64,000 nt of DNA from Candidatus Harrisonbacteria bacterium (GCA_016867415.1 VGJO01000001.1:7823-71822); one strand, 5' to 3'. Positions 18,895-28,578 are shown, counted from the first letter of the stretch. Numbers and translations are program-made. The notes: generated from the sequence alone by a model not told the origin.

Positions 18895-19499
18895 AGAACT
18901 TAGAAATAAGACGCTTCTTACCTAATCCTAAAAAGCTTTCGCAGATCTACTCTTGAGATCTTTTTAGGATTAGGTAAGTTAGCGTAAAGACGAATGCTTG
19001 CTTTCCTGAATCTTTTCTTGAACCTACTTGTCACTGGTATTAGGCAACCGTTCTGGATAAGTCGATGAACTTATTCTCCCTGAGCGCGTCTCAGGCAAGA
19101 GAATACCCGTTCGCGGGGTACGGTGAAGACCATCTGTTCGGTTATAAGCTCCGCCAGGACCGACTGGTTAAGCGACAAGGCTTGAGGAAACTCGTACGCT
19201 ACTTGAATATTCTTTTTGTAAGTGGAACCGGTTTCACTTCAAAAAGGAGAGGTCAAGCAAAGCGCGGGTACAGCCGTTCTCCCCAGCAGGGTACAGAACG
19301 TACAAAGAAGTGGGAATCCTCAGAGAAAAATGCAGATCCCTCTGGATCTGCTAATACTCAATCCACTTTCAAAGGTGTGAAAGCACCATCCCAAAAGCTC
19401 ATCACGTGAGAGCATGGGAAAAGGGCACTGCCAAGCGTCGTCTTCTAGCGAAAGCTAGGCGAGCCGGTTTTGTGGGTAATCCCCAAAACCGGTTTTTTT
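18895..19499 (+). ncRNA. Candidate large (~600 nt) structured non-coding RNA
   Basis: Promoter and terminator bracket more than 12 helices with GNRA/UUCG loops and a long-range closing helix (18987-19000/19432-19444); the only ORF is internal and implausible. Confidence 0.75.
19463..19499 (+). terminator. Intrinsic terminator of the ncRNA candidate
   Basis: GCCGGTTTTGTGGG-TAAT-CCCCAAAACCGGT-TTTTTT. Confidence 0.8.
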
Positions 19500-19563
19500 A
19501 TACTTAATTTTGTACAAAAATTATTTCAAGAAAAATATTCAAGTTCAACGTTGCGTTACGCCA

Positions 19564-19682
19564 AGCGCAGGATTTTTTCTTCAGGGCTAGGAGAAAGCGA
19601 GGCTTGCGAGGAAGCATACGTAAGCTGTATGTTGACGAGCAAACGGAGCTTTCGACAACGCCCTGGAGGAAAAAGACAAGCT
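19564..19682 (+). repeat. Dispersed hairpin element family 1 (subtype b), copy E
   Basis: AGCGCAGGATTTTTTCTTCAGGGC...GAGGAAGCATAC-loop-GTATGTTGACGAGC...GCCCTGGAGGAAAAAGACAAGC. Confidence 0.8.
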
Positions 19683-19684
19683 CA

Positions 19685-21700
19685 TCAATCTTTCTTATCA
19701 GCAGCCTTTCGGGGATCGGTCCACGTCGCATTGTCACATTGCGGATATCTACTACATCCAAAAAATAACCTCCTCCCTTTCTTCGTAAATCTCTTCATCA
19801 TCTCTCCCTCCCCGCACTTATCACACTTCACTCCCGTACTCCTATTATCTGCCTCCGGCTCAATCACCGCTCCCGATTCAGTTTTTACTTCTCCAGTAAT
19901 CTTCTTCGCATTCTTGCACTCCGGAAATCCTGAGCACGCTAAAAATTTTCCATACCGCCCCGCACGCACCACCATTTTTTTCCCGCACTTATCACAAATC
20001 TCATTTGTCTCAATTGGCTCCGGCCGCTCTGCCCGCGCTACCGACTCATACTTTTCCGCTAGATTCTTCGCAAACGGATCATAAAAATCTTTCAGGAGTT
20101 TTTTCCAAGCAATCTTTTTCTCCGCGACGTCATCCAAACCTTCCTCCATCCCTGCTGTAAAACCGACATCCACTATAGTCGGGAAGTGTTCTTCAAGAAG
20201 CGTTGTTACTTTTTCCCCGATCTCCGTCGGGTGAAATCGCCGCTCAATCTTCTCCACGTAGCCTCGCGCCTCAATCGTGCTGATCGTCGGCGCATAGGTC
20301 GACGGTCGCCCCACCCCATTCTCTTCCAAAGCTTTAATAAGAGTCGCTTCACTGTAGCGCGCCGCCGGCTCGGTGAAGTGTTCCTCATACTTCACTTCCT
20401 TTACATCCATCTCCTCCTTTTCTTCCAAAGTTGGCAAAATTACATCCTCTGTCTTTGATGGGTATACCTTAAGAAATCCCGGGAAAAGCATCTGGCTCCC
20501 AGTCGTCTTCAAGATGTGCGGCCCCGCCTCAAAAAGAATCGTCATCTGGTTAAATCGGGCCGGCGGCATCTGTGACGCCAAAAACCTCTTACTAATAAGG
20601 TCATACACCTTCCGCATCGAAGGCTCAAGCGCCTCAATATCCGCCGCGCTCCGATTGAGATGCGTCGGCCGGATCGCCTCGTGCGCTTCCTGCGCCCCTT
20701 TTGACTTCGTCGCGAATCGCCGCGGCGCGTCAGCCGCATACTCCGCTCCCAACTCTTTTTCTAAATATTCCTTCGCCATTGAAAGCGCTTCCGAGGCGAT
20801 ATTTACCGAGTCCGTTCTCATGTAAGTGATCCAACCATTTTCATACAACTTCTGCGCCGCAAACATTGTCTTCTTTGCCGCGTAGCCGAGCTTATTCGCC
20901 GCTGTCTGCGTAAGCGTGCTCGTAGTAAAAGGCGGTGACGGATGCCGTTTCACCTCTTTTTGGGTAATTTCTTTGACTCGTACCGTCGCCACCTTGATAT
21001 CGTCTACAATTTTCTTAGCCGCCGCTTCATCCTGCAGCTCCAGTCGATCCACCTGCTTTCCATACGCTGAAAAAAGCTCCGCAAGGCACGTTGCGGCCGG
21101 ATCTGTCTTCTTCGTAAGCTCCGCCACCACCGAAAAATATCTCGTCGGCACAAACGCCCGAATCTCCCGCTCCCGATCCACAATCAGCCGAAGAGTTACC
21201 GACTGCACCCGTCCCGCCGAGAGTCCTCGCGCCACCTTCTGCCATAAAAACGGCGAGAGTTTATATCCCACGATTCTATCCAAAATTCTTCGGGCTTGCT
21301 GAGCATCTACAAGGCTCATATCGATCCGCCGTGGCGACTTGAGCGCCTCCTGGATCGCTCGCTCCGTGATCTCATGAAAGACAATTCTCTCCGTCTTCTC
21401 TGCATCCAAGCCTAAAGCCGCGGCAAGATGCCAGGCAATCGCTTCTCCCTCTCGGTCTTCGTCAGTGGCAAGCACTACCGCGTCCGCTTTACCCGCCTCT
21501 TTTTTGAGCTTCTTCACCGTCTCTCGCGCTTTAGCTGGAATCATGTACTTCGGCTCAAAATCATTCTCAAGATCCACCCCGATTTTTGACTTTGGTAAAT
21601 CCCGAATGTGGCCAAAAGACGACAAGAGTTCATACCCCTTACCTAAAAATTTTCCGATCGTCTTTGCCTTTGTCGGACTCTCTACAATAATAAGTTTCAT
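19685..21700 (-). CDS. topA: DNA topoisomerase I
   Basis: IVESPTKAKTI, ATDEDREGEAIAWH, SAGRVQS, ITYMRTDS, two C-terminal zinc ribbons. Confidence 0.98.
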   Translation of the reverse strand: MKLIIVESPTKAKTIGKFLGKGYELLSSFGHIRDLPKSKIGVDLENDFEPKYMIPAKARETVKKLKKEAGKADAVVLATDEDREGEAIAWHLAAALGLDAEKTERIVFHEITERAIQEALKSPRRIDMSLVDAQQARRILDRIVGYKLSPFLWQKVARGLSAGRVQSVTLRLIVDREREIRAFVPTRYFSVVAELTKKTDPAATCLAELFSAYGKQVDRLELQDEAAAKKIVDDIKVATVRVKEITQKEVKRHPSPPFTTSTLTQTAANKLGYAAKKTMFAAQKLYENGWITYMRTDSVNIASEALSMAKEYLEKELGAEYAADAPRRFATKSKGAQEAHEAIRPTHLNRSAADIEALEPSMRKVYDLISKRFLASQMPPARFNQMTILFEAGPHILKTTGSQMLFPGFLKVYPSKTEDVILPTLEEKEEMDVKEVKYEEHFTEPAARYSEATLIKALEENGVGRPSTYAPTISTIEARGYVEKIERRFHPTEIGEKVTTLLEEHFPTIVDVGFTAGMEEGLDDVAEKKIAWKKLLKDFYDPFAKNLAEKYESVARAERPEPIETNEICDKCGKKMVVRAGRYGKFLACSGFPECKNAKKITGEVKTESGAVIEPEADNRSTGVKCDKCGEGEMMKRFTKKGRRLFFGCSRYPQCDNATWTDPRKAADKKD

Positions 21701-21794
21701 CGTGAAAATAAAAACAAAACAATTTCCTTCTATAGTAACATTCAGAGATTTTACCTACTCCAAAATAAATGCAGGATCTACAAAGATAAAAATC

Positions 21795-22679
21795 TTAGCG
21801 AACAAGATTATAGCCATTTCTCCCCTCAAAAACCTGATCATTAAGTATAAACTTTGATAAAATAACGCTAACTGAATGAGCCTCTAGTTTAGTAATTTCG
21901 CAAATTTTGTCAATCGATATATCATCCGAACTCTCCGAAAGGATAGTAAACACCAATCTCTCTTCCGGCGTAAAAAGCTCCAATTGTTTCGCATTCACCC
22001 CCTTCTTTTCCTTTTCTTTATCCGGCTTCACAATCCCTAAGCACTCCAGTATTTGAGTAGGGGAAAGGGCTACCTGCGCCCCATCCCGAATAAGCATATT
22101 TGACCCTTCGTAATTCCGATCAAAGATCTTCCCCGGCACCACAAAGACATCCAGCCCTATTTGCAAAGCATGGCTCGCCGTATTGAGCGCCCCTGACGCC
22201 TTCGGCGCTTCTATCACAATCACCGCCCGAGAGATCCCAGCCACGATCCGATTCCGTTCCAAGAAAGAATACACTCGAGCCGACTCCTTCGCCTCATACT
22301 CCGAAAGGGCCAAACCACCTCCTTTTACTATCTCTTGATAAAGCCGAAGATTTTCCTTGGGATATACATTGGAAAGACCACTAGGCAAAACCGCAATTGT
22401 TTTTCCCGAAGCCATAAGCGCCGCCCGATGCGCCGCCGCATCCACGCCATAAGCAAGGCCAGAAACGATCGTGATTCCCGCCTCAGCGAGCGTCCGCGAA
22501 AACCACTCCGTCGCCTTAAGCCCATACTCCGAGACCCGCCTCGTCCCCACGATCGCTACCCGGATTTCTTGCGGGGATAGCAATTCCACATTCCCTTCAA
22601 AACTCATTTTCCGCAATAGCGGAGTGATAATATCAAAGGCCGCCTCCTTAGAAATATCCCGCTTGCTTTCGTCAACCAT
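21795..22679 (-). CDS. dprA: DNA-processing protein DprA
   Basis: VAIVGTR, IVSGLAYGVDAAAH, ERNRIVAG, SGALNTA; C-terminal winged helix; short N-terminus. Confidence 0.95.
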   Translation of the reverse strand: MVDESKRDISKEAAFDIITPLLRKMSFEGNVELLSPQEIRVAIVGTRRVSEYGLKATEWFSRTLAEAGITIVSGLAYGVDAAAHRAALMASGKTIAVLPSGLSNVYPKENLRLYQEIVKGGGLALSEYEAKESARVYSFLERNRIVAGISRAVIVIEAPKASGALNTASHALQIGLDVFVVPGKIFDRNYEGSNMLIRDGAQVALSPTQILECLGIVKPDKEKEKKGVNAKQLELFTPEERLVFTILSESSDDISIDKICEITKLEAHSVSVILSKFILNDQVFEGRNGYNLVR

Positions 22680-22733
22680 GATATACTTTGTATAAATGTA
22701 GGTACTTATAAAGCATCAAATATTTTTTGGCAA

Positions 22734-23258
22734 ATGACCTCTTTTTTTAAAACAAAAATTTCCCTATCTCTTCTTTATCCTTCCCTTATCGCTCTTTTTC
22801 TCATTCTCTGCTTTTTCTTTCTCGTAATTCTCACAAGAAACAGCGTAAAAAATATCTCTCTTCTCAAAGATGCGCTCGCTGCTCGCAAGTCCGATAATCA
22901 GTCTTTCCTCCTCCTCACTGCCTCCAAAGACGCTGCCGCTCTCACAAGCTCTCGCCTTGGTTCCATCCTTCCCATTACCGATAATTTGATCAAACTCCCC
23001 CAAGATATCAAAGCCCTTGGCGCTACACTCGGCGTAAATGCCGCTCTCATCTTTGGCAATGAACGCGAAGGGAAAGCGGCCGAACCCGGCTCCATCATTT
23101 TTACCCTCATTGCCGAAAGCTCCGATCCGCAAGCTCTTCTCGCCTTTCTGCATAAACTCGAGACTTCCCGCTACCTCATCCACTTTGACAAAGTAAACCG
23201 AGGAAAAAATGGAATAAACTACAAAATCATCGTCAATGGCCAAATTTACACTCAATAA
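22734..23258 (+). CDS. PilO-like membrane protein
   Basis: N-terminal TM, coiled coil, 'LLAFLHKLETSRYLIHF' resembling the PilO/GspM fold. Confidence 0.5.
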   Translation: MTSFFKTKISLSLLYPSLIALFLILCFFFLVILTRNSVKNISLLKDALAARKSDNQSFLLLTASKDAAALTSSRLGSILPITDNLIKLPQDIKALGATLGVNAALIFGNEREGKAAEPGSIIFTLIAESSDPQALLAFLHKLETSRYLIHFDKVNRGKNGINYKIIVNGQIYTQ

Positions 23259-23451
23259 AAAAGAAACTCCTTATATAATAGGAAGCCTTGCCATAAGTGC
23301 AGGCTTGATTGCCTTTATTATCTTCTTCCTCTTCTTCCTCACCGAAAACATTAATTCTCTCGTCAGCTCTCGCTCCTTGAATAACTCACTAAAAAATGTT
23401 AGATTTAACCTCGAATCCGCCGAATCTATCCTAAAAAATCGAGGATTTTAG
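23236..23451 (+). CDS. Small hypothetical membrane protein
   Basis: 71 aa, one TM, overlaps the stop of the upstream gene. Confidence 0.65.
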   Translation: MAKFTLNKKETPYIIGSLAISAGLIAFIIFFLFFLTENINSLVSSRSLNNSLKNVRFNLESAESILKNRGF

Positions 23452-23455
23452 TATG

Positions 23456-23482
23456 GTCATTCCAGGCTCGACCTAGAATCTA
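23456..23482 (+). repeat. REP/RPE-like short palindrome (family 3, degenerate)
   Basis: GTCATTCCAGGCTCGACCTAGAATCTA. Confidence 0.6.
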
Positions 23483-23650
23483 TACAAACAAATAATCCTT
23501 CATTTACGTTTTTGATAAAGCAATAGCATCCCCAAGCATAAAAGCCCTAGGATTTTTTTCTTAGTACGAGGAGAAAATACAGTAAAGAAAAATATCCTTT
23601 GCATAAAAGCGAAGTGATGCCAAAATCCCTCTAAATATAACAATGCGTAA

Positions 23651-23771
23651 AGCGCCGGATTTTTGGAGGGCATTTCGTCTTTTCTTCTGAGTATGGGACG
23701 GAGCATACTGTGGAAAGTATGTGAGTACCTAACGGAAGAAAAAAGATAAAATGCACCCCAAAATACCAGCG
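23651..23771 (+). repeat. Dispersed hairpin element family 1, copy C
   Basis: AGCGCCGGATTTTTGG..GCATTTCGTCTTTTCTTCTGAGTATGGGACGGAGCATAC-loop-GTATGTGAGTACCTAACGGAAGAAAAAAGATAAAATGC..CCAAAATACCAGCG. Confidence 0.85.
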
Positions 23772-23781
23772 AAAACCAGAG

Positions 23782-23853
23782 GGGCGTGTAGCTCAGTGGT
23801 AGAGCACAGTCCTGATAAGACTGGGGTCGGAAGTTCGATCCTTCCCACGCCCA
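23782..23853 (+). tRNA. tRNA-Ile(GAU)
   Basis: GGGCGTG/CACGCCC acceptor, D-arm GCTCAGTGGTAGAGC, anticodon arm CAGTC-CTGATAA-GACTG, GTTCGATC T-loop; CCA not encoded. Confidence 0.95.
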
Positions 23854-24009
23854 CAAAATAAAAATACCCGCAAGGGTATTTTTATTTGGCGTGGGAAGGG
23901 TCGGGAAGGGTATTTAATACCCTTCCCGTGTCAGATATATGTGAAACCGAGGGTTTCGCAAAATAAATATCTGCAAAATTTTATTTTTAATATTTCCTTC
24001 CCACGCCCA
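23854..24009. mobile_element. Small tRNA-associated element bounded by a duplicated tRNA 3' end
   Basis: TCCTTCCCACGCCCA at 23839-23853 repeated exactly at 23995-24009; antisense copy GGCGTGGGAAGG at 23888-23899; internal hairpins. Confidence 0.6.
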
Positions 24010-24206
24010 TATTCCTTATTCCTCTTTTTTCTGATATCTAATAAGACTTGTCCGCTCTCCCGGCATTCCTTTTCTTTGTCCTAAAGGGGAAAAAATACTC
24101 GGCTTCTTATAGCTATTAGCGAAGATGGGTCACTTTTATGTACACAAAAAACAATGTATCGCGACAACGCAGAAAAAAATCGCAAAATCAGTCAAACAAG
24201 CTAGCT

Positions 24207-25160
24207 CTAAAAATGCTTAACTAGGGGATTCTCTGCGCCTAGTACTTCAAAATGCAAATGGCACCCCGTTACCCCATGTGTCTTACCTGTATTCCCCATG
24301 AGCCCCAACTTTTCCCCCTGAGAAACCTTAGTTCCTAAGACTACTTCCATATTTTTCAAGTGTGCATACCGAGTCTCAATTCCTTCCGGACTCATCACTA
24401 TTACAATAGTCCCATAGCCATTATTCCATCCCACCTCCGCTCGAATCACCTCTCCCTCTGTCGCTGCAAAGACCGGCGTCCCACACTCATTGGCAATATC
24501 CACCGCATTATTATAGTGAAGAGCGCCCCAGTTCCATCCCGAAGCGGGAATAGCAATCGTCGCCTTTCCATCCCGCACGAGAATCGTGTTTTCACTCACC
24601 AAAATTCCCTTTGGCACAAATATAGTTACCCCCTCTTTTATCTTCTGATTTTTATTGTACGCTTCAAGCTCTAAAAGAGTCAGTCCATACCGTGACGCGA
24701 TCATCACCGCATCCTCTCGACTTTTTACTGTATAAAAAATACCGTTCATCGGGGGAATTACCACTCTCTCCCCGCCTAAAGTCTTTGCCTCATGCATAAG
24801 TTCCGGATTCGCCGCTACAATCGTCTCAAGCGACACTCCGTATCGTGCCGCAATCTCTCCTGCTGTTTCTCCAGCTCTCGCCTTATAAAAAATAGTCCTC
24901 TCCCGTTCTGCTCCCTCACTCACTTCTCCACTTAAAAAAAATCCTGATCTAAGAGAAAAAACGCTTGTCGATAAAATTTGCTCTGAATTATCTTTTAAAA
25001 ACACCTCGGAAAAAAGAGCCTGCTCCTCCGGACCTCCTAAAATCTGACTCTCTGCCACTTTCGTAGGAAAATCTGTGATACAATCATATCCTATCAGTGC
25101 CGCAAACGCCGCAATGATTATGATGCGCCGACTCACCACTGCAAATGGCAAGCGCCGCAT
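24207..25160 (-). CDS. LysM / M23 peptidase family protein
   Basis: Two LysM-like repeats; M23 motifs H-x3-D (HYNNAVDIA), YAHL and HLHFEV. Confidence 0.92.
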   Translation of the reverse strand: MRRLPFAVVSRRIIIIAAFAALIGYDCITDFPTKVAESQILGGPEEQALFSEVFLKDNSEQILSTSVFSLRSGFFLSGEVSEGAERERTIFYKARAGETAGEIAARYGVSLETIVAANPELMHEAKTLGGERVVIPPMNGIFYTVKSREDAVMIASRYGLTLLELEAYNKNQKIKEGVTIFVPKGILVSENTILVRDGKATIAIPASGWNWGALHYNNAVDIANECGTPVFAATEGEVIRAEVGWNNGYGTIVIVMSPEGIETRYAHLKNMEVVLGTKVSQGEKLGLMGNTGKTHGVTGCHLHFEVLGAENPLVKHF

Positions 25161-25280
25161 ATATGTAAGGAATGTATCAATAGCTCAGCCATTCTAGCAC
25201 ATCCTAAACCCCTATTGCAAAGCCTAAAAAATAGCAGATTTTCTTCTAGATTTTGCCAATATAAACAGGCGTCTTCAGTT

Positions 25281-25405
25281 CCGAAAAATAATTTTTGATA
25301 AAGTTTCGTGATTCTTTTCGAGCAGCGAGCCGAAAATACATAGCGAACGGTATGCGAGCATACAGCACAGAAAAAACCGTGAAATTTGCCAAAAATACGA
25401 GCGCC
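25281..25405 (+). repeat. Dispersed hairpin element family 1, copy G (diverged)
   Basis: ATTTTTG.AAAGTTTCGTG...GAGCAGCGAGCCG..ATAC-loop-GTATGCGAGCA...GTGAAATTTGCCAAAAATACGAGCGCC. Confidence 0.7.
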
Positions 25406-25419
25406 ATCAAAATCGTACA

Positions 25420-27219
25420 ATGCTCAAAAATCCCAAGTACAACGATAAGCAATTAGAAGCCATCAACCATGGAAATGGTCCTTTATTAATCCTCGCCGGC
25501 GCCGGTAGTGGCAAGACGAGCACCTTAGTCGGCCGGATCATCCACCTCCTCGAGCAGGGAACTCCGCCCGAAAGCATCTTAGCCATCACCTTCACTAATA
25601 AAGCCGCCCGAGAAATCCGCGAACGAGTAAAAAAAGTCCTCCACAATAAAGATCCTGAGATCGCCAGAAACATCTTCCTTGGCACCTTCCACTCCTTTGG
25701 TGCCCTCCTCCTTCGAAAACTTGCCCCCCACGCCCGCCGCACTCCCAGCTTCACCATCTATGACAGCTCCGACTCTGAAGGCCTGGTCAAAAAAATCCTA
25801 AAAGAACTCAATCTCCCCGAAAATCCCTCTCGCAAGCCCGCCAAAGTCCTTGGAGAATTTTCTCGCATCAAAAGCCGCCGCGAAGAATCTACCGACGAAC
25901 TCATAAACAATCTCTTTAAGACCTATGAAGAGCGCCTCGAGCGCAATAACGCCTTTGACTTTGATGACTTGATAGTAAAACCCATCGAGATTCTTGAGAG
26001 AGAAGAGAATCTCGCCGCCCGCTACCACTCTCTCTACGACTATATCCTGATCGATGAGTTTCAAGATACCAACACCGCCCAATATTCCTTAATTCGTCTC
26101 TTAGCCGGCAAAGGGAATGTAAATGTCGTCGGCGACGACGCTCAATCCATCTATGGCTGGCGCCACGCCGACTACCGTATTTTTCTAAATTTCGAATCCG
26201 ACTGGCCCGGCACAAAAATCGTCAAACTCGAAGAAAATTACCGCTCCACCGGCACCATCTTGAAAGCCGCCAATCATCTAATCGGTTTCAATAAATTCCA
26301 AAAAGAAAAAACTCTCTTCACTAAAAATCCCGAAGGAAAAGAAATTAAAGTGGTGATTGCCGATGGCCCCGAATCCGAAGCTGATTATATAGTAGGGGAG
26401 ATTCGCAATATGGTCCGCGATGGAGAAAGTATGCAGGAAATCGCCCTTCTCTACCGTACCAATGCCCAATCCCGCGCTCTTGAGCAAGCTCTCTTAGGTG
26501 AAGGTATTCCATACCAAATCTTTGGCGGCTTAAAATTTTACGAACGCATGGAAATCAAAGACATCTTAGCCGGCCTTCGGTTGATCGCGAATCCCACCGA
26601 CTCTGCCTCCTTCGACCGCCTCGAAAAAAACCTTGGCAAACGCATTACTAAAAAAGTAGTGGGACGCTTGAAAGAAAAATCTGGTGCCGACAGTCCCGCC
26701 CCTCTTATTAATTTCTTTCTTGAAGTTAGTGACTACGTCCAATCCTTAAAAACAGAAAAAAATGCCCTCGACCGCTTAGAAAACATCCAAGAGCTTATCA
26801 AGTATGCCGAAGGAAAGTCTGATCTTGTGAGTTTCTTAGAAGAGGTCAGCCTCGTCCAAAGCGTTGATGACCCTTCCGGGTCACGGCTCCCGGGCGTCAA
26901 TCTGCTCACCATTCATCTTGCAAAAGGCCTTGAGTTTAATCGCGTCTTTGTAGTCGGCTGCGTCGACGGCATCCTCCCGCACGAACGTTCCTTGAGCTCT
27001 CACATTGATATTGAGGAAGAACGTCGCCTTATGTATGTCGCGATCACTAGAGCCCGCCATGAGCTAGTGATCACCATCTATGGTATTCCCTCCCGCTTCC
27101 TAAATGAGCTCCCGCAAGAAGTCCTTTCTCTCCAAAGCCTCGCTCCCCGCCGCCGTTTCAGCGACTCCCGTTCCTTTGATGACCTCGAAGAAGACGCTTG
27201 GCTCTCCTATGATAATTAA
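25420..27219 (+). CDS. uvrD: UvrD/PcrA DNA helicase
   Basis: AGAGSGKT, TFTNKAA, IDEFQDTN, VGDDAQSIYGWR, LEENYRS, TIHLAKGLEF, EERRLMYVAITRA. Confidence 0.95.
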   Translation: MLKNPKYNDKQLEAINHGNGPLLILAGAGSGKTSTLVGRIIHLLEQGTPPESILAITFTNKAAREIRERVKKVLHNKDPEIARNIFLGTFHSFGALLLRKLAPHARRTPSFTIYDSSDSEGLVKKILKELNLPENPSRKPAKVLGEFSRIKSRREESTDELINNLFKTYEERLERNNAFDFDDLIVKPIEILEREENLAARYHSLYDYILIDEFQDTNTAQYSLIRLLAGKGNVNVVGDDAQSIYGWRHADYRIFLNFESDWPGTKIVKLEENYRSTGTILKAANHLIGFNKFQKEKTLFTKNPEGKEIKVVIADGPESEADYIVGEIRNMVRDGESMQEIALLYRTNAQSRALEQALLGEGIPYQIFGGLKFYERMEIKDILAGLRLIANPTDSASFDRLEKNLGKRITKKVVGRLKEKSGADSPAPLINFFLEVSDYVQSLKTEKNALDRLENIQELIKYAEGKSDLVSFLEEVSLVQSVDDPSGSRLPGVNLLTIHLAKGLEFNRVFVVGCVDGILPHERSLSSHIDIEEERRLMYVAITRARHELVITIYGIPSRFLNELPQEVLSLQSLAPRRRFSDSRSFDDLEEDAWLSYDN

Positions 27220-27460
27220 ATTTCCATAGGCCGCGTGGGCGTAATCGCCTTTACAGGCCCATAGGCGACGTGAGAATTATGTACTCATATTTCTTTTTCG
27301 TCGTCATTCCGGGCTTGTATTACCTCACCATATCATAATCGCAGCGGCGGGTTATTCCAGATGGCAGATTAAAAATATTGTCAAATACAAAAAAAAACTT
27401 TATTCTATAAAAAATTTCCTTGCGCCAACTACTAATTACTAAATACTAACTACTATTCTC

Positions 27461-28237
27461 ATGCCTCGTCTCGGCCAACATTTCCTCAAAAATAAAGAGG
27501 TGATCAAAAAAATCATCAATAGTCTTTCCTTACAAGCAGGGGGGACCGTGCTCGAAATCGGTCCTGGCGAAGGCGCGTTGACCGGTGAACTTCTCACAAA
27601 AAATATTCACCTTCTCGCTATCGAAAAAGACCGCGATCTCATCCACCACCTCACAAGAAACTTTAAAAAAAGTAATTTCGACCTAAAAAGCGGCGATGTT
27701 CGCGACCTTCTCTCCGAAGTTACAGAAAGTATAAGAGGGGAGTACAAACTTGTCGGCAATCTTCCGTATTATTTGACCGGCAGCCTTCTTCGCGATCTCG
27801 TCGACCTCAAAAACAAACCTACTCTTGCTATCTTTATGATCCAACGTGAAGTCGCTGATCGCCTCACAGCTCAAAAAGGCGAGCAAAATCTCCTCTCCGC
27901 CGCCATAAGCTACGCCTATGAATCCCACTTCCTCTTCTCCGTTCCCGCCCGAGATTTTACCCCTCCGCCCAAAGTCGATTCCGCCGTCATCTCCCTCACC
28001 CCTCGCGCAACTCCTCTCACCCCCGAAAAAGACCCTTATTTCAAACTTATTAAAGTCATCTTCAAACAACCTAGGAAAACCCTAGTAAACAATCTCTGTG
28101 ACGGCCTCCACCTTGGCAAAAACGACGTTTCCGAGCTCGTAAAAACCCATCACCTCGCCCTAAACGCCCGCCCCCAAGACCTCTCCCTCAATAATATCCT
28201 TGATTTACTTACCTCTCTCCTCTTCCTTTTAAAATAA
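27461..28237 (+). CDS. rsmA: 16S rRNA dimethyltransferase RsmA/KsgA
   Basis: LGQHFL, EIGPGEGALT, GNLPYY, MIQREVA, FTPPPKVDSAV. Confidence 0.96.
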   Translation: MPRLGQHFLKNKEVIKKIINSLSLQAGGTVLEIGPGEGALTGELLTKNIHLLAIEKDRDLIHHLTRNFKKSNFDLKSGDVRDLLSEVTESIRGEYKLVGNLPYYLTGSLLRDLVDLKNKPTLAIFMIQREVADRLTAQKGEQNLLSAAISYAYESHFLFSVPARDFTPPPKVDSAVISLTPRATPLTPEKDPYFKLIKVIFKQPRKTLVNNLCDGLHLGKNDVSELVKTHHLALNARPQDLSLNNILDLLTSLLFLLK

Positions 28238-28260
28238 AGGAATATTATCGTTCTGGATTT

Positions 28261-28346
28261 GTCCGCCGTAGCTTTAGCAGAGGCGAGTCATCCTAAACTT
28301 GCTTTACCCCGCTTTAACTTCAACACAAGTGGGATTCAGGATCCAG
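28261..28346 (+). repeat. Cluster of adjacent/nested short palindromes
   Basis: GTCCGCCGTAGCTTTAGCAGAGGCGA followed by family 3 GTCATCCTAAACTTG[insert]ATTCAGGATCCAG. Confidence 0.6.
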
Positions 28347-28578
28347 TAATTCACTTCTGGGAGGTACTTATAAATCCCTTTCCTTTTTCTGTATTTAACA
28401 TAAAAAAACCTTATTCTACCTAAATTATTGAGACTTTCCATCCTCCCTAAAAAGCAAGAGAAATGTCCGACACTGGTTAAAACTTCGGTTTTTTCTGACC
28501 TCCCTCATATCCCTATGAACTTGATCACTCGTGGGGATTTTTATTCTTTAAACAATAAAAAGGCCAGAGCGCAGCGAA

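Noticed and set aside
19184-19193. GAGGAAACTC as the RNase P GAGGAAAGUCC motif
   Set aside because: It forms a local GAG-GAAA-CTC hairpin and the matching 3' P4 motif is absent.
19065-19409. 114-aa ORF inside the large RNA candidate
   Set aside because: No recognisable domain or RBS; it starts and ends within predicted helices, and the structure explains the region better.
19461-19495. GAGCCGG...CCGGTT resembling group II intron domain V
   Set aside because: Lacks the 3' two-nucleotide bulge and a following domain VI; followed by a U tract, and no interrupted gene or GUGYG start. Treated as a terminator.
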